From contig JBBPEB010000013.1 of assembly GCA_039096225.1 (NCBI GenBank), forward strand, positions 1,922,001 to 1,986,000: a stretch of DNA of 64,000 nt, written 5' to 3'. The DNA comes from Blastocystis sp. Blastoise. Its lineage: Eukaryota; Protista; Bigyra: Opalinata. Shown in pieces: positions 47,401-61,636 of the stretch. How positions within the stretch are numbered: position 1 is the first letter of the stretch; each line of letters begins with the position of its first letter. The translations under genes were made by a program, and so were the position numbers. Under the pieces are notes generated by a model. That model was not told the DNA's origin. It worked only from the letters and a program-made list of their open reading frames with translations, and did no database searches.

Positions 47401-49800
47401 AAGAACTTATAAAAAGAATTGATATACATAACTATTAACACTGGTGAGAATAAAAATAGAAGAAAGGAGGCCATTTGTACTATAAAGAAACAACTATATA
47501 CATATATATAAATATATTTATATATTTATATTTATATACAAAAGTTATATTAAACTAATGTGCACCAAATATATTAGGTTTTATAATGATTCTTTGAATA
47601 GAATAATAGATACCAAATAAATACCACTTCATGTAGTATCATTTCTTCTGAGAGTTTTTCTATAAATATATACATAAATACGAATCATAAAATAATAGAT
47701 AATTTATTAATAGAGAAGTAATCTAAAATATCTATAGAATAATTATTACTTTATATAATACCTGACTAATCATAAATGTTTTTATATAAATAAATTATAA
47801 GCATTCTTAAACAACAAGCAGGTAGAAATATCTATATTTGTATAATATAACCTATATATATGTTTAAATATAGATATAAATATCTATAAACTTTAATATA
47901 AATATATCTATACATATTAATATAAAAATATTAATAATCTAACCAAAACATGAATATATCATCATCTATCTATATATATACTCTAGTATAATTACTATGA
48001 ATATTCTAATATATATATACTTTAATATAAATATATATACTTTTATATAAGTAGATCTATATATCATTTTACTGCATCTATTTATACATATAGTTTAATA
48101 TAACTTTATACATATATATTTTAATATATCTATATATAAATATCCTTTACTACATATATAATTTATTATATCTATATATATTCTTTAATATTAATTTATA
48201 CATATACTTTAACATAACTATTCTTATATGTACTTTAATATAACTATATACATATATATTTATCTAGATATGTATGTTTTGCTATATAATTTAACTATAT
48301 ATATATTAATATACTATATAAATTAATATAAATAAACATTTTTATAACAATATATACATATATATATAAATATATATATATATACTTGAATACCACTTTC
48401 TCTACACTTAATAGTTTTGTAATTGACTCAATCTATATATATATACTTTAGTATAGCTATATATACATTTTGATGTATCTATATATATATATATATTTAA
48501 ATATAGTTATATAAAAAAAATAAATATAAATATATACTATAATATATCTAGAATAACTAGAGACGAGTTAAATTTCTAATTTCCTAATCTATTATCTTCC
48601 AAATAACAGGAGAGTATACAATTAATATAAGTTGTATCATGTTTCTAAGAAGGATAAAAGATTAAAACATATTTATATATAATATATATATATACAATAA
48701 AATAATAGAAAAACATTCTAAAATCTAAATAGAAAGTAAAAAATGACTAAAGAAGAATATATATACTTAATATATTGCAATTCATTCTTATTAAACGATT
48801 TAAGAATAATAAATGCCTAACATATGAAGAATACTATAGAAAAAATAAAATATAATATAATATTTAAATAAAATAATATTTATATATTAAAACACTTAAA
48901 ATTAATCATTTAACATATAATATATATATACTTGTTAATAGAATCCATTTGTTTACTAATTCTAACCTCTATAACACCACTTGACCCAATAATAGTCTGT
49001 AATTAGCCAATTGAGAAAAGAAGTCTTTTATTTCTTAACTATCAACAATTTTTTGTTTTCTATATAATATAGATATAGTGATGATAAGAAATAAATAACA
49101 GAATACCTTTGAAGACCAGAGTTAATCTGGAATCTGATTTTGTTAACAATATTAAGACCTGGAAAGCACTAATTCTTCCAAATGAACCCATTCTGAATTT
49201 GCAAGAATCGCTGATCGCTCTATAGAAACTAATTATTTTACAAGATCAATGAAGATTAGTAAATAAAAATACTTCTGACAGACTCCATCCTTGAATAAAA
49301 CATCTCTAAATAAGAAAATATAATAGATATAGAATAAAAATAAATAAATAAAGACTTACAAGAACAATCTATTTTTTGTATATAATAATTTTTTGTTTTG
49401 TGAAAATAGTACATCGAAGCAATCATATTTAGGTAACTCTCTGGTTAGGGTACAACAGTTTAGGAGATAAACTTTACCATTCATAATCGTTTTTTGTAAA
49501 TCTATAATAGAGTTAAATATTCAACTATATTTATATACCTAACAACATACCCTTTCAGAATTCAACAATCATAAGCCACTTCAACAGCATTATGATTTTT
49601 GGCAATGTATTTATTTCTATTCTATCTCTATTCTTGCACATCAACTGGAGATAACAATAATCCTCAATATGCTACATTTCCATAGATCTCAACTTTTCCA
49701 ATAAATTCACCAGAATGTTTGTAACTAAAGACAATTAAACACAATAAACAAATAAAATATACTATAAATGAGTAGACACATTCAATCAATAATATATTAA
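44500..49800 (-). pseudogene. Decayed multi-exon cargo gene(s) inside the MULE
   Basis: Regular alternation of exon-like blocks and minus-strand GT-AG introns, clearest at 48930-49800, with many in-frame stops. Boundaries approximate. Confidence 0.5.
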
Positions 49801-51329
49801 GGCTTTTAAAGCACTTTGGGACGACTATTAAATCAAATACAAAATATGAAGTGAAAATATTTTAATTTTTGGCTTATTTTTTTTGAAATTTAAGAATTAA
49901 GTAAAATATACTATAGTAATTAAACTATTATGTTAATATTGTAATAAAAATTAATTATATATTTTATTATGTCTATTTAGTATAGATCATACCTTCTAGG
50001 TCATACTGTCCTTCTTAATTTGTGGATATTGGCTTTCCAAAACACAATTTGGCTTGTCTTGTATATTTTATTCTCTTTATTATTGCTATATAGTCTACCA
50101 AACATCTACTATAGGATAAACAAACAGATTAACATATTCAATATTCAACATTCTTAACAAATCATTTACATGTTGACAAATACTCACTCAGAACTACTTT
50201 TCAATGGATTTAATCAATTATAAATTACTACTCAAACTGGTCTAGCCCATGTTTATGGAAAAGTTACATATTGGTTGATTAGGTGAAACTCAAAGATTTT
50301 CAAATACAATATTTAATTTGTTAAATGCATTAGATCTTCTATTCTCATGGATTTAGAGTATATATTATTCTTTCTTTTCACTTTTTATCTGCAATCTATT
50401 TTTAATTTGTTTTTTTAAGTTGTTATTTTTAATATTATATATTGTATTTTATCTATAGTATGAGATGAAACGTTTATTGTTCACTTGAGTTTTATTTAGA
50501 GTATATATATTTTTATATTATTTGTTTAGTATTGTATATATTAATGTACTTGGTATATATAGTTCTTCATTTATGGTAAAAAAAGACTAATTATGGATAA
50601 TATTATATTAAATTATGTAAATAATATTTGAGATAGGATATTGATGGTTTTCTGTGTCGTTAATATATGTATATAATCTTATTTTGTCAAAATATATTAA
50701 ATAAAGACTTCTTCTTTTGTATATATATATATATATATATTTATGTTCGTTTATGGTTATAGAGTATTGAATGTTATTGTTTATTGATATATAGGAAGAA
50801 AGATTTAAGAATGATGAACTCAACAAGAATAAAAACAATAGGTTATATATATGGAAAGTATGTAATATAATTTTGAGTATAATAATTGAATAAATAAAAA
50901 ATGTTTATATATATATATATATAATGAATGAGTATCATAAAAATAGATTTAAATAAGATATATATGAATAATACTATGATAATTAGTTAAATTAGATACA
51001 TATTTGTTTATAGTATTAGAGATAATATGGAAAATAATATTGATAAATAATTAATCAAAACGAGTCATTTTAACCTGGTCTTCAAGTGGTACTACACGTT
51101 TCACATGAGGAACCTTTTTATACTTCTTATTCATAGCCTCTTCTGCCTTTCTCTTTCGTCTAATAGTGGCAGGCTTACCTTTTGACTGCAGAGCATAAAG
51201 AGGCTTCAGAATCTTACAACATGGAGTTTGTGACAATATCTCGTTATCAATGAAACTATATAGTATTAGCTAATAGTATATATAATATGTTTTTTATATT
51301 TTAATATATATATCATATAAATGATATAA

Positions 51330-53560
51330 ATGATATAGATGATATATATAGTATATCGATGATAAATAGAAGGAATAGATTATATATAGATAATATAGAT
51401 GATATAGATAATATAGATAATATAGATAATATAGATAATATAGATAATATATAGATAATATAGATAATATATAGATAATATAGATAATATATATAATATA
51501 GATAATATAGATAATATAGATAATATAGATAATCTAGATAATATAGATAATATAGATAATATAGATAATATAGATATTATAGATATTATAGATATTATAG
51601 ATATTATAGATAATATAGATAATATAGATAATATAGATAATATATAGAAGGAATAGATATATGTTATATGATATATGTAAAAAGATAATATATAGAAGGA
51701 ATATATAGTATATATAAATAATATAAGATGATATAGACAATATATGTATGATATAGATGATATATAGATAATATATATAATGAATATATAGTTATATAAA
51801 TGATATAAGATTATATTGATAATATAATATAATATATAGATGATATAAATACTATATAGATGATATAAAAATATATATAGAAAGAATAGATAGTAATTAT
51901 AGATAATATATAGTATATATAGTATATTTATAGTATATATAGATAATATATAGAAGGAATATATAGTATATATAGATAATATATAGAAGGAATATATAGT
52001 ATATATAGATAATATATAGAAGGAATATATAGTATATATAGTATATATAGAAGGAATATATAGATAATATATAGAAGGAATATATAGTATATATAGTATA
52101 TATAGAAGGAATATGTAGTATATATAGTATATATAGTGATATATAGAAGGAATATGTAGTATATATAGATAATATAGATAATCTAGATAATATAGATAAT
52201 ATAGATAATATAGATAATATAGATAATATAGATAATATAGATAATATAGATATTATAGATAATATAGATAGTATATAATCTAGATAATCTAGATAATATA
52301 GATAATATAGATGGTATAAAGATAATAATATATAGATGAAATAGTAGTATATATAGATGAAATAGATAGTATATATAGATGAGATAGATGATATATATTA
52401 TATAGATGATAAATAGAAGGAAAAGATTATAAATATATAGATAATATAGATAATATATAAATGATATATAGATTACTTATGGAAGAAATAGATGATATAT
52501 AGATATTATATGGATTTAATATAGATGGAACAGATTATATATGGAATGAATAGATAAATGAAGGAATAGACGGTATATAGATAATATATATAGTATATAG
52601 ATAACATATGTATGGTATATATATGATATATAGTAATATATACATAATATATCGGAATAGATAATATAATAAAGAAAATATATTATCTATAAAATTAATA
52701 AATAATATATAGATAATATATAAATGGTATATAGATGTATATGGATATATTGAAATATCGATAATTAATAGAAGAAATAGATGATATATAGATAATAGAT
52801 AGAATGAATAGATGATATATATAGTATATAGATATACATAAATGATATATATATATATAATATATAATATTATATAGATGATATATAGATAATAGATACA
52901 AGTAATAGATAATATATATACGATATATAGATGATATATAGATGATATATAGAAGGAATAGATTGTAAATAGAATGAATACATGATATATACATGATATA
53001 TACATGATATATAAATGATATATAAATGATATATAGATAATATATAGATAAAATATAGATGATATAAAGATGATATATATAGATATTATATATGTGATAT
53101 ATATAGAAGGAATAGATGGTATAAAGATAATATATAGAAGAAATAGATAATACATAGAATGAATAGATTGTATATAGATAATATATAGAATGAATAGATA
53201 ATACATAGAATGAATATATGATATATAAATGATATATAGATTATATATAAAATATATATAGATAACATATATATAATATATAGAAATTATGTATATGATG
53301 TATATAGGATGAATCGAAGGTATATAGATAATACATAGAAAGAATAGGTCATATATAGATGATATATAGTAATATATAGTAATATCTAGATATAAATGGT
53401 ATATATATAGATAATATATAGATGATATATATAGATATTATATATGTGATATATATAGAAGGAATAGATGGTATAAAGATAATATATAGAAGGAATAGAT
53501 AATACATAGAAGGAATAGATGATATATAGATGATATATAAATGGTATATAAATGGTATAT
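51330..53560. repeat. Degenerate minisatellite block in the ~3-kb transposase intron
   Basis: (GATAATATA)n runs, AGAAGGAATATATAG units, and an ~95-bp direct duplication (about 53072-53165 and 53425-53518). Confidence 0.85.
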
Positions 53561-53594
53561 ATATATATATAATATATATTTTATTATATATATT

Positions 53595-54210
53595 ATATAT
53601 ATATGTAAAATGATATACGAATATATATAAAGATGTAGATGAGTTATATATACCTGTATATGGTCTTTAGATTCATCTGTGATATAATGTTATATATATA
53701 ATATATATATTCTATATATAGTATATATAGTACTTATATAGAATATATATGTTATATAGAATATATAAATAGTACTTATATAGCATATATATATTATATA
53801 GAATATATAGTATATATATAACCAATATACATAAAGATATATATAACTTGTATTATAAAGATGCTAAATTATTATAACTACGAAGAGATATTATTTTTTT
53901 ATGTAAAACCATTCTATATACTAGTTATATATATCTTTATGTATATAGGTTATATCTATACTATATATACTATATATCATATATATATGTTCCATATAAG
54001 TACTATATATACTCTATATAATATATATATTCTATATAAGTATTATAATATAGAATATATACTATATATACTATATATAGTACTAATATAGAATATATAT
54101 ATTATATATATAACATTATGTCACAAATACATTAAAAAATCATATACATCAATATATAACTCATCTACATCTTTATATATATCCTTATATCCTTTTACAT
54201 ATATATATAT
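53595..54210. mobile_element. ~620-bp foldback / MITE-like palindrome nested in the MULE
   Basis: Imperfect inverted arms of about 260-290 bp around a loop of about 50-70 nt, e.g. ATATATATAAAGATGTAGATGAGTTATATAT and TATACATAAAGATATATATAACT each have an exact reverse complement in the right arm. Confidence 0.6.
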
Positions 54211-55329
54211 ATATTATATATCATATATATACCTGTAATGACAAGAGCTACACTACTGAGACCCATGAAAGTACCACTAAGAAGGATTACTGATGGAGAT
54301 AGAGTTAATAGACTTATGTTACCTACTATCATGGTATACTATGATAACAAACGAAGATCCTTAGGTATACTGTGACTATTCAAAGCTATTTCATTATTGA
54401 TTTTCTATTTACCAAATAATGTGAAGAATACTTAATTATTTATATTCATTGTATTAATTACTTCTATTATTAAAACATTATAACTATATAAATTTTCATT
54501 AAGTATAATATTAGTAACAGTATAATGAATATAGTTGTAGTTAATTCTAGGAAATCTCTCTCTTATCCTCTTCTTAGCTTAACCTATAGATATGGTCTTA
54601 AATTCTGAATGACTCTTTAATAATTCAGAACAAATATATCATTTAATGGATCAGAGAGCATTAGTTTATATTCTGTTTTTATAAAGACTATATTAATTGT
54701 ATAAGTAGATTGATCCAATAATGATTAACATTTTTTTATGTCGACAGTATATACAATTTCTGTATTTATTAATAAAGCTTGAATCATATCATTTGCCATA
54801 TATCTCTTCACTAATATCGTTTTTCTCTTCATCTATATAATCTTCATGTTGAATATAATTAATAGAAGCTATATTATTTTTATCTCTATTATTTAGAGTC
54901 TGTAGAAGATTATCTATGTATTTTCAACAAGTAATATCATCTGAAGAAGTAAACACATGGCTTTTATTAATTAATTCTTCTTCATCTTTTGCTAAATTAT
55001 CATCTATATCTTGTTCTATATATACTTCCTCTTCTATGTCAAAAGTATTTATTTTAGTAAAACTTTGATTATTCATTTGTTTCATGAATGTTTTTTTCAG
55101 ATTTTGAGAAGTTTTACATTCTTCTTGAGTTATTGTAATAGAAGTATAATTAGAATTTATACTATCATTAGTATCATTTGTTTGATTATTGATTGAATCT
55201 GATATCATATCTTTATAGTAGTCATATGATGATTCTCTTATAGTATTATGTTTAAATAATTCTATATAATCAGCATCATATTTTGAACATTTCTATAAAA
55301 ATATTATGTTAATAATAATAGTTATTACA

Positions 55330-55690
55330 TTTATTAATTTAATAATATATAATAATATATAATAATATATATAATATATAATAATATATAGTAATATATA
55401 ATAATATATAATAATATATAATAATATATAATAATATATAATAATATATAATAATATATAATAATATATAATATATAATAATATATAATAATATAAAATT
55501 ATATATAATAATATATAATAATATAAAATTATATATAATAACATACAATAATATATAATAATATATAATAATATATATAATAATATATAATAATATAAGT
55601 AATATATAGTAATATATAGTAATATATAGTAATATATAGTAATATATAATAATATATAATAATATATAATAATATATAATAGTATTTCTA
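55330..55690. repeat. Intronic 10-bp tandem repeat (TAATATATA[A/G])n
   Basis: Visible directly; lies in a transposase intron. Confidence 0.85.
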
Positions 55691-56439
55691 TAATAATATA
55701 TAACAGTATATAATAGTATTTCTATAATAATAAATATAATAATAATAACTATTTTATAAAATACATTTATATCTTGAAAATGATAGTATTCCAGGTGATA
55801 ACCATCATCGTAAAAATTATATTGATAGACGCAATTACATTCTTGAATAGGGCAACTGTATCAAATAGAGGTACTTGACCCTCTGTCTATAATAATAATT
55901 TGACCACTAACACTCCAGGAGTAGCCAATGAATATATACATCTCTTGTCGTGAATGGAGCACATCATTAACTCCAAAATGTTTTGAACACGCAATATTTG
56001 TTAAAATAACATTGATATAGTCATCATCTTTGTCATAAAACCCATTACAATTGTTTTGAGCTACCCACGACACATAATCAGTAACATAATTGGACGGAAC
56101 TCGTATAAAAGATGCTTTCGTTAAAGGATTTATTACTCTTGTGTCTTTCGATCGTTTCTAAAGAGTTTATAAATTAGATAAAACGTCCTTACAATAATTA
56201 TGTTTGGAATCTGTTTGATAAACTTATTAAAATTCATATTTTGAACTCTGTCAACTATTGCATTATAAATCTCGTCATAAGACTCCATAATACTCGTCAA
56301 CAACGTCAAATATAGAATAATTAATATAAACAAAGAATTGTGTATTTTTTCCCCTTAATTATTTTCTCTATAATTTACAACAATAAAAACACTGCCATTT
56401 TGTCAAGTTTATCGCGGTAATAATAGTACTCAAAAATAG

Positions 56440-56490
56440 ACTGTCCTGAGTCAAGTCTGATAATTCTGAGTGTCCTGAGTCAATTATCTC
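56440..56490 (-). repeat. Right TIR of MULE
   Basis: Exact reverse complement of 43560-43610, followed by the TSD copy. Confidence 0.97.
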
Positions 56491-57077
56491 TATTTTGTTT
56501 TATAATTCTAATATTTTCACTGTTTTTCTTTTCAATATTTTCTAGGAATATTATGATGATTAGGATATAGTAAATGTTGTTAAGATACTCAAAATGCATA
56601 GACGTGATATAATATTACATGTAATTACGAGATTAAGCTGAATTTTTTTTTTTATTTACAATAGTATGTAATCATGAAGTATAAATCTTTTAGTTATCTT
56701 GAATAATTATAAAAAATACGTGAAATCTTTGGAACTGAAGTCAAAGACATTTAAAACATGATTTTCAATGATAACGAGAATTAATTATGGTTGAGAGTAT
56801 TGAGTTAGTGCATAAGATATACATAAATATATGATTTAAGATAGAATTCATTGTTAAGTGTTGAAAAATAGACAACAAAAAAAGTAATAATGTAGTTTTA
56901 TTACGATTTCTTTTATAATAACAATCCAATACAATCATTCTAAGCTCAAAAATTTAAAAAATATGTTTACACACGTATTTAAAGTCTGTATTCATAAAAA
57001 AATTATGTCTGAATATTGCTGAAATTTGAATAGAAAAAAGTTCATAAAAGATTGAGAAGAGTGGATCCTTGAATATA

Positions 57078-57623
57078 ATGGATAAATATACTCTTTATAG
57101 ATATATACAAACTAATTCAGAAAACACGGCTCTTGGATTTCATTCATGTGTGTTGCCTGATGGTTCAATAGTTTTTGTTCAAGGACAATTATCATCTATA
57201 TTATTTATAATACATAAATCAGATCAAATACGTAAGTTTGAGCTTCCATTTACATTATTAGTTACAAATTCGAGACTTCAAATTGGTTTTTTCAAAGTTT
57301 TTATGCAACTTATTGCTATTCAATGTTATCTTCAAGAGAACGATAGTGTATTTATTTTATTTATTTTATTGTTTCTCTATATTGTTACACTTTTTTATTA
57401 TTCACATTCTTTGATTATCTACAGGAATTTGTTTTGTCTCTTATTGTAACATACAAGAGGAATGGAGTTGAGATTCGATATCGTTTATTTGTAGTTACAA
57501 TTCCATTCCATGGAAATAGCGATGAGATCTGTTACGAAGCTTTTCAGCCAATAGGAATAGCCACAAAAGTTATTAAATGTACACCTACATACTTTGCACA
57601 TCTCTATTTACCGGATATTCAAC

Positions 57624-57666
<43 letters not shown>

Positions 57667-59461
57667 TATAATATTTTTATAATTATTGTAGTATAATAAT
57701 CCTAATATGATTATTATGATTCTATTTAAATACAATATATTCTTTAGATCCTATTAATTGCAGCACACGAACAATATCTTCTTACCTATAAAGTTCAACA
57801 TAATGAAGTATATATATATATATGTATATATATTAATTAATTAATTAATATATTAATTAATATATAGAATATATATTAGTATTCACTATAAATATCTATT
57901 ATTATTCTATACAAACTACTACTATTCTATATATAGGTAATTAAATATATATTATACGATTTACCCACCAGTTCGTCACGTGGTATATTATGTCATGATT
58001 TATTATATATACAAAATCATTATCGTTGTTGGTTTATGGGAGAAGATGATGGAACACTATTAATCACTATTTGTAGAGATATTGATATTAATATAAAGAA
58101 GAAAACATTCACTCCAAAGTATATTATTATTATAATAAATATAATTATTATTATACTAATCACAATACTATTTATACATCATAATATCTCATTATATATT
58201 TCATAAACTATAAATCAATAAATAGACGTGAAGATACTTTAGATATGTATACAGAAAGCTTAGTAGTCCCTCCCAATAGTCGAATTCCTCTTCAGATCTC
58301 TCTTCCAGGACCTATTCTTTGTGTGAAATGTATATATAGAGAGCGAACAATCAATACTATGAATAAAAACACACATAAAACTGCTAAGGAAGGTATAGAG
58401 ATCAATGATATTCTGACAAAGTCATCATCTTCTTCTTCTTCTCTTCCTGATACTACAGGCATTTCATCTACTTCTATTTCTACTCTAAATAATAATTCTA
58501 TCACATTACAGAAATCGATATCAGATATATCTGAAACAGACATACTTCTCGATAATCATGAGGAAAACGATATTATACCTGGAGAACTTGTGGAAAACCA
58601 TGAAAATAGTGTGAATGATGATTCTGTAGAAATGATTTCTGAGAAATCGAATTCATTCAGTGGTCCTTCGACTTCTGCTTCTTCTCTCTATAGTAATACT
58701 ATAGGACAACACAAGAAAGATAAAAATAATGATATTCATAATGAATACCCTATTATTGATTTACTCTTTTGTAATATATATATGAAAGTTGTCTATTGTC
58801 AGAATATTCTAAAGAATGTATGCACGTGATGATTCTATTTATTATAATATTGTTATTATTATATATAGATTATTTAAAAACGTATTTATAATATAATTAC
58901 TACTCTATATATATATAGACATTTAATAAAATGTCTGTTCTTCCACATAGTGAATGTATCGTTATTCCTACAACTATTTGTATTGTATGTATATATAGAT
59001 ATATAAATATTTTATTCTATATATATATATATAATGTTAATCAATAAATATATAATAAAATAGGATGATTATAATCGTATCATTATCGGAGATATTAATA
59101 ATCATATTCACTTATATACATATGATGATCATAATCTTAAACCAGAGTATATATAATAGATTATATATATATTATATATATATTATATATATATTATATA
59201 TTATATATTATATATTATATATTTATTAAACTATTTATAATTATTTTTATTATGATAAACATATATGTATATATTAGTGATCCAATTACATTTGAGTATG
59301 CATGTTCTTTTGAAGTGAATGATGTAATTTTATCTATTGACTCTAAAGATATAAATGAAGATGGTATTCCAGAAATAATTGTAGTCACAAAAAAAGGAAT
59401 CTATAACTATTGTTTATCAAAAGATTATATAAACACGAAACTATTATCAAAAGAAGTATAG
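57078..59461 (+). CDS. KPTN: Kaptin-like beta-propeller (KICSTOR subunit)
   Basis: C-terminal ILSIDSKDINEDGIPEIIVVTKKGIY (FG-GAP-like, as at the kaptin C-terminus), plus collinear blocks PTYFAH..ILLIAA, MGEDDG, LPGPILCV, IIIGDINNHIHLYTY. Confidence 0.6.
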
Positions 59462-59731
59462 AGTTATGGTGCTTAAAATTATATATTTTTGAGCATAGTA
59501 AATTTGTGGTGATTTGTATTTATTTTTTTGTTTTTTAATTAATAATTCGATTGAAATAGCAAGATAACTATCTCTATTACGTAATTAAATACAATGATAA
59601 TCGAATATGCTTTCTTGAACACTTACAAAAACTCTTTTTTATTTCAGGCATAAAATATTTTTTCAACTGATTTCAGTTACACATTTTCTTTTTTTCATAA
59701 AAAGTTCTTGAATATCAAGTGTAAATCACTT

Positions 59732-60306
59732 ATGGATAAAAAGAAATCAACCGTAGAGAAAGTGTCTAATATACAAAAAATACCAAGTACTATTGGAGAC
59801 TTTCATGTTACGAGTATGATTGGACAAGGAGCTTTTAGCAATGTTTTCAAGTGTTCTTATAAAGAGAATAAATGTTCATCATTTGCAATAAAACAGATCT
59901 TAACTACAACATCACGGGAAAAAATGGAAATTGAAATTCGCGTTCTTCAAGCACTTAAAGTATATTGATTGCACTTATTATATAAATTTTATATTATTCT
60001 ATATCTAAATAGAATTGTGAAGGTATTTCTCAATTATTAGGTATTGTAAAAGATCGTTTCGGAGTGAATTTGATTTTTCCATATTATCCCTCTATTGATT
60101 TTCGTGTTTTTATTGAGCAAGCTACATTAGATGATGTATATATATATATAAATAAGAATATATATCTTCTAGATATGCTGTTATATGCGTTCCTTGTTGA
60201 AATCCGTCAAGATTCTTCATGACCATCATATTATACATAGGGACATTAAACCCAAGAATTTTTTGTATACATATATTTTAATAATAGGATTATTATTATT
60301 ATTATG

Positions 60307-60348
<42 letters not shown>

Positions 60349-61636
60349 TTATTATGTTATTTGAATGTATTCGTTGATAAATATAAAATTAGTGTTTATT
60401 CTTATGTTTTAGATATGATAAAGAAAAGAAAAAAGGTATATTAATAGATTTTGGTTTAAGTCAGCTTCCAGAATCGTGGGAAAATAACGTTCTTGCTGCA
60501 CAGAGATGGAAAGAATATAATGAAGACTATAATAAAGATTTAGAGATCAATGATCGAAAACGAAAAAAACAGGATGAAGATGTTTCGTTAATTGAACAAT
60601 CTCCTTCCTCTTCTCTCTCTTCTGTATGTAATAATAATAATTATTATTATTATATTTATTGTAGTTATTATTAATATTATTATTATACTTATTTTAGTTA
60701 TTATTATACTTATTTTTGTTATTATAATAATAATTATTATTATTATAATTATTATAATGATACTTATTATCCTTATTATTATTCATTTATCAATAAATTT
60801 ATATTCTCTTTCATTGAGTATATATTATTCTTTAAATAACAATACTATTATTATATGTCATCGTATATATTTAAAACATTTGCTATCTATAGATAAGTGA
60901 AGAAGAGTTAATAAAGGAATATGGTTTAGAAACCAAATCTTTATGTTCAAAATGCTATCAACCGAATTGTAATGGAAAAGTGGAAACTTCAGGAACACAA
61001 GGTATTTACTAATAGTAATAGTTATTTTCTTTATTATTTATGTATTGTTGTATATTTATTATTAATTTATTTTATTTTCTATGTTTCATTCTCTTTACCG
61101 TAATAATATTACGTTAAATCTATAAAAATATATATAATATATAAGTATATTTTCACTACTTTTTTGTCATTTACTCAATTATACTAATAATACATTAATT
61201 ATATATATTGTATATAACTATATATATGAATGAATCTATAGGGTTTCGTGCTCCTGAAGTTATTTTGCGAACAATTGAACAGACCCCTGCTGTTGATATC
61301 TGGTCCTGTGGAATAATATTCCTTTCTCTACTTACTAAGAGATACCCCTTTCTTACTACAAATAGAGAAACGAATGAATTATTCGATTTATTGCAACTAT
61401 CTACTCTTTATGAATATAATGATATTCTAGAAGCAACAAAAGAAATGAGAAAAGAAATTGTTTATTTCCCTAGTGTTCCTAAATATAACTTGAAAGAAAT
61501 GATTCAATTCTCATTTCCTAAGGATACTATAGATCAGTGTTATGATTTACTTCATAAAATGACACTTCTTAATCCTTCAAAACGTATTACTGCAGATGAA
61601 TGTCTTCAACATCCTTTTCTCAAAGAAACTTTATAA
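59732..61636 (+). CDS. CDC7: Cdc7-family Ser/Thr kinase
   Basis: IGQGAFSNV, AIK, IIHRDIKPKNFL, LIDFGL, a long insert with CSKC between subdomains VII and VIII, GTQGFRAPEV...QTPAVDIWSCGIIFLSLLTKRYPF. Confidence 0.85.

Larger units (their letters stand above)
51051..56288 (-). pseudogene. MULE transposase pseudogene
   Basis: ATG at 56288. MuDR-like DBD FGVNDVLHSRQEMYIFIGYSW...SSTSI*YSCPIQECNC, interrupted by TGA at 55861-55863. Middle exon (about 55290-54233) has stops and a frameshift, with no recognisable DDE. Last exon ILKPLYALQSKGKPATIRRKRKAEE resembles the MuDR 'P...GRP..R' tail. Confidence 0.7.
43560..56490 (-). mobile_element. Mutator-like DNA transposon (MULE), 12,931 bp, non-autonomous, carrying cargo
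   Basis: Perfect 51-bp TIRs, 10-bp TSD TATTTTGTTT (43550-43559 and 56491-56500), GAG...CTC termini, MULE transposase remnants reading inward from the right TIR. Confidence 0.93.

Noticed and set aside
51330-53560. CRISPR-like or telomeric array
   Set aside because: Units are degenerate and contiguous with no unique spacers; internal intronic position in a eukaryote.
54233-54780. SWIM finger or DDE core in the element's transposase
   Set aside because: Only fragments (YTVDIKKC*, CSSCH) in inconsistent frames; not supportable.
43611-56439. Alternative genetic code (TAA/TAG = Gln) to explain in-frame stops
   Set aside because: Conserved host genes have no internal stops, use CAA for Gln and end in TAA. 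Stops cluster in the transposon, which also has TGA stops and a frameshift.
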